Of a DNA stretch of 64,000 bases, positions 8,567 to 18,605 are shown piece after piece. The stretch is from IMG/VR virus record IMGVR_UViG_3300033066_001236. The stretch is one strand, 5' to 3'. Below the pieces are notes generated by a model. That model was not told where the DNA came from. It saw nothing but the letters and a program-made list of their open reading frames with translations, and made no database searches. Both the position numbers and the translations under genes were made by a program. Origin of the DNA: an uncultured virus (IMG/VR IMGVR_UViG_3300033066_001236) (Duplodnaviria > Heunggongvirae > Uroviricota > Caudoviricetes). Numbering within the stretch: the first letter of the stretch is position 1; every line of letters begins with the position of its first letter.

Positions 8567-11500
8567 ATGGCCAACCTAATACCAATTTATTCGTCCCCTA
8601 AGAAGATCAACGAGGACGCCGACAAAGCCCTGGTCGACAGTCTTCATAAGACGTTCCCTATTGAAAACAAGAGCTACATTTTACAGGTAGATAACGTAAC
8701 GGCCCATCCCAAAGAGTTTTCGAAGGTGGACCAGAAGGACGCCATCCTGAAGTCCAAGTCGCTCGTCTACCCTATTAAAGGGGACCTTACGCTGATCTCT
8801 AAAGCCACCGGGAAGCCTGTAGACCACGTCAAAGATTTTCCTTTGATGGACGCCTTTCATATAACCGAGAAGCACTCGATTATGTACAAGGGTAACAACT
8901 ATACGATCGCAAATCAACTCCAACTGTTACCGGGAGTGTATACTAGAACCCGGGAGAACACCGGGGAACTAGAGGCTCACTTTAACACGGGCAAGGGTGC
9001 TTCGTTTCGCATAGTTTTAGATCCCAAGATCAAGGTGTTCTTCATAGAGGTTCACACCTCTCATACCCCTATAGGTCCGCTCTTAACGCAGGTGTTCGGC
9101 ATTACGCGCTCAGAAGCCTCCGCCTTTATACCGGAAGACGTGTGGGACGCCAACATAGAATACACGGCTGGGAAAGAGGACAAGATCATCCGCAGCCTTT
9201 ATTCTCGGCTTGTCTATACGAAAAACCCCAGCTCTTCTGTCCCGGAGATGGCCGTTGAACTTCGTAAAGCTCTCGAGCAATCTGAGTTAAACGAAGACAC
9301 CACTAAGGCAACTTTAGGTAAGGCGTTCTCGGGAGTAACAAAAGACGCCGTGCTTCATACGCTGCGCAACCTAGTAGAGGTTCATCGCGGAGACAGACAG
9401 GAAGATAACCGAGACTCTCTTCAGTTCAAACGCGTTCAGAATCTCCCCGATTATCTGAGAACAAGATTCGCCAAAGAACACGATACCGTTCGCCGGGTAA
9501 AAAACAAACTGACTTTTGGTCTGGAGAAGATAGACGGTAACAAGCCCAAAATCTCGGACGCGGTTCCCGCAAAGCCTTTCAACAAGATCTATTCCTCTTA
9601 CATTCAAAAGAGTTCTTTGATCTCTACTCCGTCGGAGACGAATCCCATAGAGTCGTTAGAGAACGTAGGAAAGGTAACTGTCCTAGGCCCACAAGAAGGG
9701 GGTATTTCTGACCCTCGTGGAGTGCCTATGGCCGCTCGAAACATAGACCCTTCTCACTTAGGTATCCTGGACCCGTCCAGAACCCCTGAGTCGGGCCACG
9801 CCGGTATCGACCAGCGGTTCACAATCTCGGCCCGTAGAGACAAAGAAGGCAGACTGTACTCCAAGGTAGTGGACAAGAACGGGAAGGTCGTACATATCTC
9901 GGTTACGGAACTGATGAATTCTGTCATTGGGTTCCCAGACCAGCGGTTTACAAAGTCCAGTATGGTCGAAGCTCAAGATCACGGTGAGATGCGCAGAGTA
10001 CCTAGGGAGAAAGTTGATTACTGGATCAACGACGCCACAGACCTTTACACGGTTACGACCAACCTGGTTCCCTTCTTGAACTCGAACCATCCAGGGCGAT
10101 TAACCATGGCTGGAAAGTCCATACCTCAGGCCCTGTCCTTGGTTACCAGAGAAGTCCCTTTGGTTCAGACTTTGGACGAGCAACGTAGACCGTTTGTAAA
10201 ACAGCTAAACGCTCTTTTGGCCACTCCCGCTCCTGCGGCAGGGGTTGTCGTAAAAGCCACCAACTCAGAAGTTCACATAAAGACGGACGATGGGGAAATC
10301 GTCAAAGCTAAGGCCGTTAAGAACCTACCTTTTAACATGAAGGGGTTCCATGACGACGAGTCCCCGCTAGTGAAGGTTGGAGACCGCGTGTCGGCCCTAC
10401 AGCCTATATTTGAAAATAACTACACTCGGGACGGCAGCCTAGCTCTAGGGAAGAACCTCACAGCCGCATACATGCCCTACAAGGGTTACAACCACGAAGA
10501 CGGTATTGTGATTTCAGAATCGGCTGCAGCAGGGCTGAGTTCCCATCACGCCTATAAGGTCGACTATGAGGTCAATCCTGACACAGTAGCAAGGAAAACC
10601 CTACTCAAGCGGTACTTCCCGGACAAGTTCACACCGGCTCAGTTGGATAAGCTGGACGACCTAGGCTACGCCAAGGTTGGGGCAATCATGAACCACGGGG
10701 ATCCTGTCTATGCCGTCTTGGAAAAGCGAGAGCCTACCCCGGAAGACCGTCTCCTGGGCCGACTACACAAGAGTCTGGTCAACCCTTATAGGCTGGTTAC
10801 AGAGTTATGGAACCACGAAGAGAACGGAGAAGTCGTCGATTCTCATACGGAAGGTCGGGCCATTCGTATTCTTCTTCGAAGCATTAAGCACCTCGAGGTC
10901 GGTGACAAGCTAACAGGTTTGCATGGCAATAAAGGCATTGTGTCCTTGATACTACCAGACAACGAGATGCCTACAAACAAGACTACAAACAAACCGGTAG
11001 ACTTGGTGCTTAACCCTGCGTCCGTTACCTCTCGTATAAACCTGGGGCAGATCATGGAGACCGTAGCAGGTAAGATCGCCCAGAAGACAGGAAAACCCTA
11101 TCTAGTGAAGAACTTTGATAAGACCAGTAACATCGCTCAGTTGAGGGACGAACTAACCGAGCACGGCATCAGCGATACTGACGAGCTTATTGACCCTAAG
11201 ACGGGTAAGAGCTACGGCCAAATTTTTAACGGGCCCCAGTACATCATCAAGTTGTACAAAACAACGGACCAGAACTACTCTGCTAGAAACGTAGGTGGGT
11301 ACGACAACATGCTCCAGCCGACTAAGGGCGGGGAAGAGGGCTCCAAGAGCGTTGGGTACATGGAAATGTTAGGCTTGCTAGGTTCTGATGCTCGAAAGAA
11401 CCTGAAAGAAATTGGAACAACGAAATCTCAACAGAACGAAGAATATTGGACCAAGTTTATACGGGGTGAACCCCTGCCTAAGCCTAAGATGACGTTCGCT

Positions 11501-11914
11501 ACTCAGAAGTTCTTCGACTATCTGAAAGCCTCAGGTATCAACGTTAAGATGGAGCGAGGAAATCTTGTGGCTGCTCCTATGACAGACCACGACATCCTTG
11601 CACAGAGCAACGGAGAGATTACTGGAGCCGAAGTACTGAACGCGAAAAATCTAGTACCCGAAGACGGCGGACTCTTTGATCAAGTAATAACTGGGGGTCT
11701 AAAAGGAGACAAGTGGTCTCACTATCGGCTAGCGGAGCCCATGGTTAACCCCATCTTCGAGAACCCTGTAAAGAGCTTGTTGGGCCTAAGCACTGCCGAG
11801 TTTGAAGCTATTACCTCGGGTAAGTACGGCGTTCATGACTTGGGAGGTGGGATGTTTAAAATAGTAGACACAACCACGGATAAAGAGATCCGGACCATGA
11901 AGGTGGGTACATGA
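8567..11914 (+). CDS. rpoB: phage multisubunit RNA polymerase beta subunit, C-terminally fused to a beta'-N-terminal-like segment
   Basis: TPESGHAG, GYNHEDG, GDKLTGLHGNKG, NPASVTSRINLGQ, GYMEM; tail GGLFD..ITGG..WSHYRLAEPMVNP resembles the beta' N-terminus. Confidence 0.93.
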   Translation: MANLIPIYSSPKKINEDADKALVDSLHKTFPIENKSYILQVDNVTAHPKEFSKVDQKDAILKSKSLVYPIKGDLTLISKATGKPVDHVKDFPLMDAFHITEKHSIMYKGNNYTIANQLQLLPGVYTRTRENTGELEAHFNTGKGASFRIVLDPKIKVFFIEVHTSHTPIGPLLTQVFGITRSEASAFIPEDVWDANIEYTAGKEDKIIRSLYSRLVYTKNPSSSVPEMAVELRKALEQSELNEDTTKATLGKAFSGVTKDAVLHTLRNLVEVHRGDRQEDNRDSLQFKRVQNLPDYLRTRFAKEHDTVRRVKNKLTFGLEKIDGNKPKISDAVPAKPFNKIYSSYIQKSSLISTPSETNPIESLENVGKVTVLGPQEGGISDPRGVPMAARNIDPSHLGILDPSRTPESGHAGIDQRFTISARRDKEGRLYSKVVDKNGKVVHISVTELMNSVIGFPDQRFTKSSMVEAQDHGEMRRVPREKVDYWINDATDLYTVTTNLVPFLNSNHPGRLTMAGKSIPQALSLVTREVPLVQTLDEQRRPFVKQLNALLATPAPAAGVVVKATNSEVHIKTDDGEIVKAKAVKNLPFNMKGFHDDESPLVKVGDRVSALQPIFENNYTRDGSLALGKNLTAAYMPYKGYNHEDGIVISESAAAGLSSHHAYKVDYEVNPDTVARKTLLKRYFPDKFTPAQLDKLDDLGYAKVGAIMNHGDPVYAVLEKREPTPEDRLLGRLHKSLVNPYRLVTELWNHEENGEVVDSHTEGRAIRILLRSIKHLEVGDKLTGLHGNKGIVSLILPDNEMPTNKTTNKPVDLVLNPASVTSRINLGQIMETVAGKIAQKTGKPYLVKNFDKTSNIAQLRDELTEHGISDTDELIDPKTGKSYGQIFNGPQYIIKLYKTTDQNYSARNVGGYDNMLQPTKGGEEGSKSVGYMEMLGLLGSDARKNLKEIGTTKSQQNEEYWTKFIRGEPLPKPKMTFATQKFFDYLKASGINVKMERGNLVAAPMTDHDILAQSNGEITGAEVLNAKNLVPEDGGLFDQVITGGLKGDKWSHYRLAEPMVNPIFENPVKSLLGLSTAEFEAITSGKYGVHDLGGGMFKIVDTTTDKEIRTMKVGT

Positions 11915-12483
11915 ACAAATACTTAGAGAAAGCTGCGAAACTTACAGATGTACAAAAGTTTCACCGACTTATATTCACCGGACTAGGGGTGGGAGCAGGG
12001 ACCGGAGCCGTAGTAGGATACCGAACCGACGAAAAAACCGTTGGTGGTAGGAAGCAAAAACTATCTAAGTTTGAAAGACTTGGAAATGCGGCGTCAACGT
12101 CTCTCGCGGGAGCTTACTTTGGAGGGGTCGGGGCTGGCCTTTTGGCCCCAAGAAATTGGAAAAACGCGCATACGGAAGAGAGCGCTAGAAGATTTAGAGA
12201 ACGCTACCAACAATACCGAGGGGGTGGTAGCGCTGGAAATACCTATACATCTCGAACCATACACGATATTCATAAAGACCTAGGTGTTCCGAGTGGTTTC
12301 AAAACCAAGTCCGAAGCTACTAGACACTTTCGTAAAGAACGTTCTCGACTACACCCCGACAAGCACGGCGGTAGTCACGAACCTTCAGCTAAACTTAACC
12401 GGGCCTGGGACGAGTTCAACGCTCACCCCCAAGGCTTTACAAAGTTGGCAAACGCCTACCTTCTGAAAATCGCAGGATTGTAA
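11911..12483 (+). CDS. NKYL-tagged putative virion protein with a C-terminal J-domain
   Basis: MNKYLEKAA start; Gly-rich hydrophobic helices; DLGV...RLHPDKHGG...LNRAWD (HPD motif). Confidence 0.75.
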   Translation: MNKYLEKAAKLTDVQKFHRLIFTGLGVGAGTGAVVGYRTDEKTVGGRKQKLSKFERLGNAASTSLAGAYFGGVGAGLLAPRNWKNAHTEESARRFRERYQQYRGGGSAGNTYTSRTIHDIHKDLGVPSGFKTKSEATRHFRKERSRLHPDKHGGSHEPSAKLNRAWDEFNAHPQGFTKLANAYLLKIAGL

Positions 12484-12486
12484 ACT

Positions 12487-12516
12487 AAAAAAAGCCCAGA
12501 CTATCCTGGGCTTTTT
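12487..12516. terminator. bidirectional intrinsic terminator
   Basis: AAAAAAAGCCCAG-loop-CTGGGCTTTTT between convergent genes. Confidence 0.85.
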
Positions 12517-12522
12517 CACAGG

Positions 12523-12723
12523 TCAGACTTGCCAACCAAGGTCTTGTTGTATGCGACGCCGCAGGTCAGAGGGAGAGCTGGCTTGTGCCTTCAGGCCACG
12601 GGCCCCGGACTGAGACAAGGGTTCCGGTCCTGAAACCACCGGAATGTCATCCGATCGCACCAGAGCCGTTGAGATGCCAGCGGGGGAACGTTGCTGGGTT
12701 TGGACGGAAGCAGGGGAATGCAT
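12523..12723 (-). CDS. hypothetical protein
   Basis: SD AAAGGA; promoter motif at 12763-12771. Confidence 0.6.
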   Translation of the reverse strand: MHSPASVQTQQRSPAGISTALVRSDDIPVVSGPEPLSQSGARGLKAQASSPSDLRRRIQQDLGWQV

Positions 12724-12780
12724 AGAAGTCCTTTCATCGAGAGGGTAATTCCTCTCTACCCTCTTATACCAAACGGAGCG

Positions 12781-13056
12781 TTAGGTCTTTAGCTTGCGAG
12801 CGAATAGGGACGGGCCTAGAGCCGTGCAAACCTTCGCAAGTGAATCTGAAAACCCTATTATGGCGTAGGCTCCCCGTTTCAAGTCGTGATCAGTCACGTC
12901 CCGACGAAGGGCTCTCCAGAAGAGGGTCTTGGTACGAAGATGACGGAGCACAACATATTTGCTTCCGTCTTCCCTCTGCAAGGTAAGTCCCAACAACTCC
13001 TGAACGCTGGGAGTTTTTGAGCGCTTGGGGTAGATGTCAACATTGCCTCGTGTCAT
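12781..13056 (-). CDS. hypothetical protein (start MTRGNV)
   Basis: ATGA coupling with the stop of 13053..13550. Confidence 0.6.
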   Translation of the reverse strand: MTRGNVDIYPKRSKTPSVQELLGLTLQREDGSKYVVLRHLRTKTLFWRALRRDVTDHDLKRGAYAIIGFSDSLAKVCTALGPSLFARKLKT

Positions 13057-13550
13057 GGTTTTTTCTCCGGAAGTTGAACAAAAGTGGCGGGATCGACTTT
13101 CTGAGGTTGCGGATCCCCGAGGGTCAACAGAACCGGCAGCAATCTGACGAACTCTTCGTCGAAAGACCACATGGCATGGTTCTCTATATCCCACCAGAAG
13201 TTCGTTGTACGAGGAAAAGTGGGAGGGACAATGAAGAAGTTAGACCTCTCCTTCAATGGGAGCTTGTCCGTTCGCATAGCAGAGAGGTAGTCCTTGTATC
13301 GAGCCAGGTCGTCTGCAGAAAAACGATGGAACAGAAAAAGGGACTTTCCGTCTTGAATGATGTTTATCTGAGACACCTGAAACTCGGACAGGTTGGCCCC
13401 AATGATGTTCAAAGATCGGGCTGGACCAAGTTGAAACTCCATTGATCCCATGAAATCCAAGTAAACCTCCTTACGAAAGGTCTGCCGGACGTAGTCTTTT
13501 GGTCTTGACCGAATTTCGGCCCTTTGTATCAAAGAAGGTGGTACTAGCAT
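13053..13550 (-). CDS. hypothetical protein
   Basis: SD AGGAG; promoter motif at 13589-13597. Confidence 0.7.
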   Translation of the reverse strand: MLVPPSLIQRAEIRSRPKDYVRQTFRKEVYLDFMGSMEFQLGPARSLNIIGANLSEFQVSQINIIQDGKSLFLFHRFSADDLARYKDYLSAMRTDKLPLKERSNFFIVPPTFPRTTNFWWDIENHAMWSFDEEFVRLLPVLLTLGDPQPQKVDPATFVQLPEKKP

Positions 13551-13588
13551 GTCTTGGCTCCTGCGAGTATTAGGTTAGTTGTATCTAT

Positions 13589-13649
13589 CTTATACCAATT
13601 CAGGAACTTGTAGTTAAACTACAGCCGTTTGTCACTTTGAGGTAAAATA
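13589..13649. promoter_or_regulatory. divergent promoter pair TGGTATAAG (minus) / TAAAATA (plus)
   Basis: motifs at 13589-13597 and 13643-13649. Confidence 0.7.
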
Positions 13650-13654
13650 CCAAG

Positions 13655-14797
13655 ATGGATAATAACGAACCTCTAGTATCTGGCGAAGCCTTCAAGGCCA
13701 TGCTTGCTCACATTTCCCCTGACCGGATGATCCCGAAGATCGTTGAGGAGGTGAAGCAAACAAAGTCGGCTACTAAAAAAGACGCTCTGATAAAGAAGCT
13801 CAAGTACTTAAACGGCTTGAAGACTTCCGACATGGAAGCTAAAACCGCTTACGTCATACACCACGTTCCTGTTCTCCCTCCGGTAATGAGACCTAGTACT
13901 CCCATGGGCGGCAATCGGTTAGAGCACGCCGACGCCACGACTCTGTACAAAGAGCACATTCTGGCCAATCAAGGTTTGGCCAAGAGCATGGAGTTTCTAC
14001 CCGCCTCTTCGCTAATACAGGAGCGGGCCAAGTCATACGAAGGCATGAAGGCCGTTCTAGGGCTCGCAGAGGCTCTGAGTCCAAACTCAAGGGGTCGGGA
14101 CGTCAAGGGTCTGTTAAAGCAGATATCGGGCGTTAACGGGCCTAAGGGAGGCCTTTTTCACAGCAAGATACTTTCCAAGAAGCAGGACTTCTCCGGACGG
14201 GCCACCATATACGCAGAACCGAATCTAGGCTTCAACGAAGCGGCGGTGCCGATAGACATGCTGTGGACCATGTACAAGTTTCACATCCTACGAGACTTGG
14301 CTCGTCAAGGCTACGACTACGTAAACTCTACGAAGGCCTGGGAGACTCGTAACGCCGCCGCCACGGCCAGTTTCAACAGGGTTATCGCTAAGGTCCCGGT
14401 ACTGATAAACAGAGCCCCGACTCTGATGAAGAGTAACGTTACGGCCGTGTACCCGGTCCCTATCAAGGGCAGTACTCTCGGCCTCAACCCTGCTTTATTA
14501 CCTTTATTTGCAGGGGATTACGACGGGGACGCATTAACTATGCACGTTCCTATGAGCCCTGAAGCGGTAGAAGAGGCGAGAACCAAGCTGTTACCCCAGC
14601 ATCAAATTCACGACTATAGAAAAGGCCTAGGTCAGTCTATCGTGGCACCCGCTCACGAAGCTATTCTCGGCTCCATGGCTATGACGGATCCTGATCATAA
14701 ACAGCCGGTCGTTAAGTTCAAGTCAGAAGCGGACGCTCTTGCGGCCCTAAAGGCGGGGACTATAAAAGAGAACACTCCTATTGAAATAACAGGCTGA
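13655..14797 (+). CDS. rpoC: RNA polymerase beta' middle (catalytic) fragment
   Basis: PVLPPVMRP, KKQDFSGRATI, NRAPTL, FAGDYDGD catalytic DxDGD. Confidence 0.93.
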   Translation: MDNNEPLVSGEAFKAMLAHISPDRMIPKIVEEVKQTKSATKKDALIKKLKYLNGLKTSDMEAKTAYVIHHVPVLPPVMRPSTPMGGNRLEHADATTLYKEHILANQGLAKSMEFLPASSLIQERAKSYEGMKAVLGLAEALSPNSRGRDVKGLLKQISGVNGPKGGLFHSKILSKKQDFSGRATIYAEPNLGFNEAAVPIDMLWTMYKFHILRDLARQGYDYVNSTKAWETRNAAATASFNRVIAKVPVLINRAPTLMKSNVTAVYPVPIKGSTLGLNPALLPLFAGDYDGDALTMHVPMSPEAVEEARTKLLPQHQIHDYRKGLGQSIVAPAHEAILGSMAMTDPDHKQPVVKFKSEADALAALKAGTIKENTPIEITG

Positions 14798-14809
14798 GCC
14801 AGAGGACCT

Positions 14810-15574
14810 ATGAATAAGTATTTATGTAAGCTAGCCGAAACAAATGACGAAAAGTACGCTAGGAGATTCGGGGGTTTAGCCGGAACAGGGGTCGGAACCG
14901 CAGTTATAAACTCGGCGTACCACAGAGGAGATCTAACTGGTAGAGCAACGTTTTATCACGGATCCACAAGAGAGAACACCGAGAGAATAAAGAGGGAGGG
15001 AATTGTTCCTCGTAAAACTCGAGGGGTTATTGACGAAATTAATAAGGTCAGTCCGTCAGGGGCATTTGCTAAAAAAAATCAAAACCTCTCCTTTGCGACA
15101 AGGTCCAAGCTAGAAGCTTATTCTTATTCCCATCAAGCGGACGCCATAAAACACCACGAATTTTATAAATTTAGAGCCAACCCCGCGAACGCTTTTGCGA
15201 AGATATTTGAATCTAGACTCCGGGATGTAGGGCGAGACAGGACTGGGAGAGTGTCAGAGATAAATATACCTACCTGGAGACAGAGCGTAAAAAGAAAGAT
15301 CGTAAGGAATCCTGAATTAGATAATGCCGTTTTTTTAAATCCTTTTGACCGGTACGAGCTTGACAACAACACCTTAACTCACAAAGGCACCCTAAACTCC
15401 CGCTACATAAAAGGTGGTCGAGGCTATAAGGGGAACTCAGCAGGGGAGATATTGAAGTATATCAAACTGAACCCTGGCAACTTTTTAAAGGGATTGGGTA
15501 AGACAGGGGTTGGAGCAGGCATAATAGCCGGATCTGCACATTTAGCGTTTAGAAAACCAAAACATGACAAATAA
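14810..15574 (+). CDS. NKYL-tagged putative virion protein with a possible ADP-ribosyltransferase fold
   Basis: MNKYLCKLA; FYHGST..N.ERIKREGIVP resembles the YHGT...I...GL motif of ART/Tpt1-like domains. Confidence 0.55.
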   Translation: MNKYLCKLAETNDEKYARRFGGLAGTGVGTAVINSAYHRGDLTGRATFYHGSTRENTERIKREGIVPRKTRGVIDEINKVSPSGAFAKKNQNLSFATRSKLEAYSYSHQADAIKHHEFYKFRANPANAFAKIFESRLRDVGRDRTGRVSEINIPTWRQSVKRKIVRNPELDNAVFLNPFDRYELDNNTLTHKGTLNSRYIKGGRGYKGNSAGEILKYIKLNPGNFLKGLGKTGVGAGIIAGSAHLAFRKPKHDK

Positions 15575-15740
15575 GTACCTAGAAAAAATAGCAGCTCGGG
15601 CTAGTGCCCTGGGCATGCTGCGTTCGGGAACCGACGTGTACCAGCTACACGGGGCCGTAGACAAGAAGAAGAAAAAGAAGGCTCAGGCTTCCGCGCAAGC
15701 AAGCCGCAAGTGGAACCGCGCTCCTGTTAGAAAGAACTAA
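15564..15740 (+). CDS. 58-aa basic NKYL-tagged protein (MTNKYLEKIAA...KKKKKK), not in the ORF track
   Basis: manual translation; shared N-terminal motif; fills the gap before the rpoC C-terminal gene. Confidence 0.75.
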   Translation: MTNKYLEKIAARASALGMLRSGTDVYQLHGAVDKKKKKKAQASAQASRKWNRAPVRKN

Positions 15741-15743
15741 GAC

Positions 15744-17567
15744 ATGGCTATTACAACTCCCGGGGCTCTGTTGATCAAAAACATGATGCCTACCCAGGCA
15801 GCAAAGGATAACTTCAACCTATACAAACCTCTGAATAAAGGAGGGATGAAAGACCTCGTCAATATGCTGATTGAGCATGGGGGCAGCACTGGGCATGAGA
15901 CTATAAATAACTTAGGTAAGTTGTTCTTTAACAAGGCCACTGAAATAGGCTCTACAACCCCCTTGTCCGACTATGACAATGATTCGGACGAGAGGCAGGC
16001 TATATTCTCGGAGTTCGAGACTAAGGTGGCCGAGATTCTCAACAAGAAACTGCCCAAGATGGAACAGGCAAGAGAACTAGACAAACTTTCGCAGCTAATG
16101 TCGGGTAGACTGTCTAAACAAAACCTGGAATACATGGTTTCTAGAGGCTCTACTGCAGCCCGAATGGCGATGACTGGTGCTCGGGGTAACCCTGCTCAGC
16201 TTCAACAAGGAACGGCGTCCCCTTTGATGGCGCAGGACGTCAGAGGGGTTCCCATTCCTGTCGCGATCAAGCACTCGTTTGCGGAAGGCCTCTCTAACGC
16301 GGAACACCTGGCAATGAGCTACGGAGGAAGAGCTTCGACCGTTATGTCTCAGCTGTCAACGGAAAAGCCTGGGGCTTTGTTCAAGGAGCTGACCCCGACA
16401 GTCTTCCATGAAGTCATTACAGAGACCGATTGCGGGGCCAAGACGGGCGTCCCGATTCCTCTGTCAGATAAGCTGTCCTGTTTGGGTCGATACGAGGCAG
16501 GAACCAACCGCCTAATAGACAAAGAATACCTAAAAGACCTTCACGAGTCAGGGAAGGATAAAGTCATAGCTAGAAGCCCTCTGACGTGCAGGACTCGACA
16601 AGGCATATGCCAAAAGTGCTACGGCCTTAACGCAACTGGCTCCCTACCCCATATAGGCCAAAACGTGGGCGTTATCGCCGCTCAGTCAGTGTCTGAAGTT
16701 CTAACCCAAGCTATGCTGTCTACCAAGCACCAAGGGGGGGTGGCCGGTCGGCAAAGAAACCCCTATGAGGAAGCTGACAACATTCTTTCTAACCCTAAAA
16801 ACTTCCAGGACGAGGCCCCTGCGGCTACCGTTAACGGCAAGGTTGAATCTATTACTCAAACATCCCTGAAAGACTGGGAAGTTACGATTGCGGGCGTTAA
16901 GCACTTTATCTCCAACATTCAAGAACCTTTGGTTAAAGTTGGAGACCAGGTTCGTATTGGGGATCAGTTGTCAACAGGAACTGTAAACCCCAGAACCCTA
17001 ACGGCCTTAAAGGGAGCGGGAGCAGGGCGAGTGTATCTGGCCAAGAAGATGAGGGAGATCTACTCCCGCAACGCTCAGTTGGACCCCAGACATTTCGACG
17101 TAATTTCCAGGAACCTCATTCGCTACCAAGAAGTAACAGACCCAGGTGAGAGTGGATTTATGCCCGGTGACAAGATTGAAATCGGCCAAGTAGAAGATCA
17201 CTTGGAGAAGAACTCACATAACCTCGAGCTACACAAAGCAGAAGGGAAGACCTTGGCTTCTGGGGCCTTGGACCTGACCGCCGGTACCATCCTAACAAAG
17301 AATCATCTGGACGACCTGGCGTCTCACGGGCTGACTCATGTAAACGTAAGCGACTCTGGCCTCAAGGTGGCCCCTCTAGTCCCCGGTTTGGCTAGTTTAA
17401 AGTTCCTGGACAAGAACTGGGTGTCTAAGCTGTCCTTCAACCGTTTACATAAAACAGTTCAAGAAGCCGCCGCTCTAGGTCAGTCCTCCCCGGTACATGG
17501 AACGGAACCGATAACCTCGTACGTCATGGGGACGGAGTTCGGCGAAGGCGAGAAGGGGAGGTACTGA
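15744..17567 (+). CDS. rpoC: RNA polymerase beta' C-terminal fragment
   Basis: GARG, SFAEGL, TDCG, RSPLTC...GICQKCYG, GVIAAQSVSE.LTQAMLSTKH (trigger loop). Confidence 0.93.
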   Translation: MAITTPGALLIKNMMPTQAAKDNFNLYKPLNKGGMKDLVNMLIEHGGSTGHETINNLGKLFFNKATEIGSTTPLSDYDNDSDERQAIFSEFETKVAEILNKKLPKMEQARELDKLSQLMSGRLSKQNLEYMVSRGSTAARMAMTGARGNPAQLQQGTASPLMAQDVRGVPIPVAIKHSFAEGLSNAEHLAMSYGGRASTVMSQLSTEKPGALFKELTPTVFHEVITETDCGAKTGVPIPLSDKLSCLGRYEAGTNRLIDKEYLKDLHESGKDKVIARSPLTCRTRQGICQKCYGLNATGSLPHIGQNVGVIAAQSVSEVLTQAMLSTKHQGGVAGRQRNPYEEADNILSNPKNFQDEAPAATVNGKVESITQTSLKDWEVTIAGVKHFISNIQEPLVKVGDQVRIGDQLSTGTVNPRTLTALKGAGAGRVYLAKKMREIYSRNAQLDPRHFDVISRNLIRYQEVTDPGESGFMPGDKIEIGQVEDHLEKNSHNLELHKAEGKTLASGALDLTAGTILTKNHLDDLASHGLTHVNVSDSGLKVAPLVPGLASLKFLDKNWVSKLSFNRLHKTVQEAAALGQSSPVHGTEPITSYVMGTEFGEGEKGRY

Positions 17568-18541
17568 TGTCCAGCACCGCCACCTTAGCAAGCCGAGGAG
17601 CTGCGGTAAAAAACGTCAAGCCTACAAAGGATTTTTCTCGAGTTGAGAACATTCGCGATTTAACCAAAGAGCAGTTAGAGTTCTTCCCATTCCTTAAGGA
17701 AGCCCCAGACATCATGTATTGGCTTATGGCCACATGGGGGGCGGAAAGTGGGTGGAATCTCTTTCACCCCAAAGGTCGGCCTCCTAATCAAGTTTTTAAC
17801 TCACTACACTATACCGCCACCCCTCCTCAGAGGGAGTCCATATTAGGGCTGGGTCCCATATCCTCCAGGGGGACTCTCATAGGGAACGGGTATCAGTACT
17901 CCGACGTCATTCAGAACTTATGGAATGATCCAACTACGTCAGTCCAAGTTAGAGAGAACATCAAAGAGGGGTGGTATCCTCACGGCATAACCGCGTGCAT
18001 GGGGACGTATCACGTTAGGGGCTGTTACAACAACCTGGGGGAGTGGAGATTCTATCCGGAAGCGGTTGAGCGTATCAACGCACTTGGGTTAGAAGTTGAC
18101 CCCGGTCAATCCATTTCCCAAACTTTGTTTCCCGTAGACGACGATGTTTGTCGAAGACGCTCCATTGCGTCTGGCATGATCATCTTCAATTTCAAATACA
18201 GACAGGCCCTTAAGACCAACGGTCCTAACGGGGCCATTCAGGTTGCCCTGGCCACTTTTTTGGGCAAACTTGGGACTAGCGATAGAAACGGCGTAACTCC
18301 CGAGATGAGAGTTCGTCAACTAAACGCTAGAGGGGGCGACATTGTTTCAGTTCTTCAGGCAGTTAACCTACGTCGCTCAGGGGAAACCGTAGAGCTGTCC
18401 AGAGGATTGGTCAGCCTCGATGACAGACAAGCGAGTGACCGAGCCGCTACCAGGGTGGTAAATACTCCTGCTCGGCCCGCCACTACCAATTCTCAGGCCA
18501 ACGGCCAGTCTGCCAAAACTCCAGGTTGTTCAGTAACCTGA
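17567..18541 (+). CDS. hypothetical protein, possible lysozyme-fold virion hydrolase
   Basis: ATWGAESGWN resembles the transglycosylase E-S motif; weak. Confidence 0.45.
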   Translation: MSSTATLASRGAAVKNVKPTKDFSRVENIRDLTKEQLEFFPFLKEAPDIMYWLMATWGAESGWNLFHPKGRPPNQVFNSLHYTATPPQRESILGLGPISSRGTLIGNGYQYSDVIQNLWNDPTTSVQVRENIKEGWYPHGITACMGTYHVRGCYNNLGEWRFYPEAVERINALGLEVDPGQSISQTLFPVDDDVCRRRSIASGMIIFNFKYRQALKTNGPNGAIQVALATFLGKLGTSDRNGVTPEMRVRQLNARGGDIVSVLQAVNLRRSGETVELSRGLVSLDDRQASDRAATRVVNTPARPATTNSQANGQSAKTPGCSVT

Positions 18542-18566
18542 TAGTATCAGGCTCAGATTATTGAGC

Positions 18567-18573
18567 TAAAATA
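18567..18573 (+). promoter_or_regulatory. TAAAATA putative late promoter
   Basis: recurrent motif upstream of plus-strand structural genes. Confidence 0.65.
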
Positions 18574-18605
18574 CGAATGGAATTAAACGTTTAAAAAGGT
18601 CAAGC

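Noticed and set aside
8567..17567. Cellular rpoBC locus or prophage in a host chromosome
   Set aside because: Subunits are split, divergent and embedded among virion genes; no ribosomal protein genes, integrase or host-like flanks in the window
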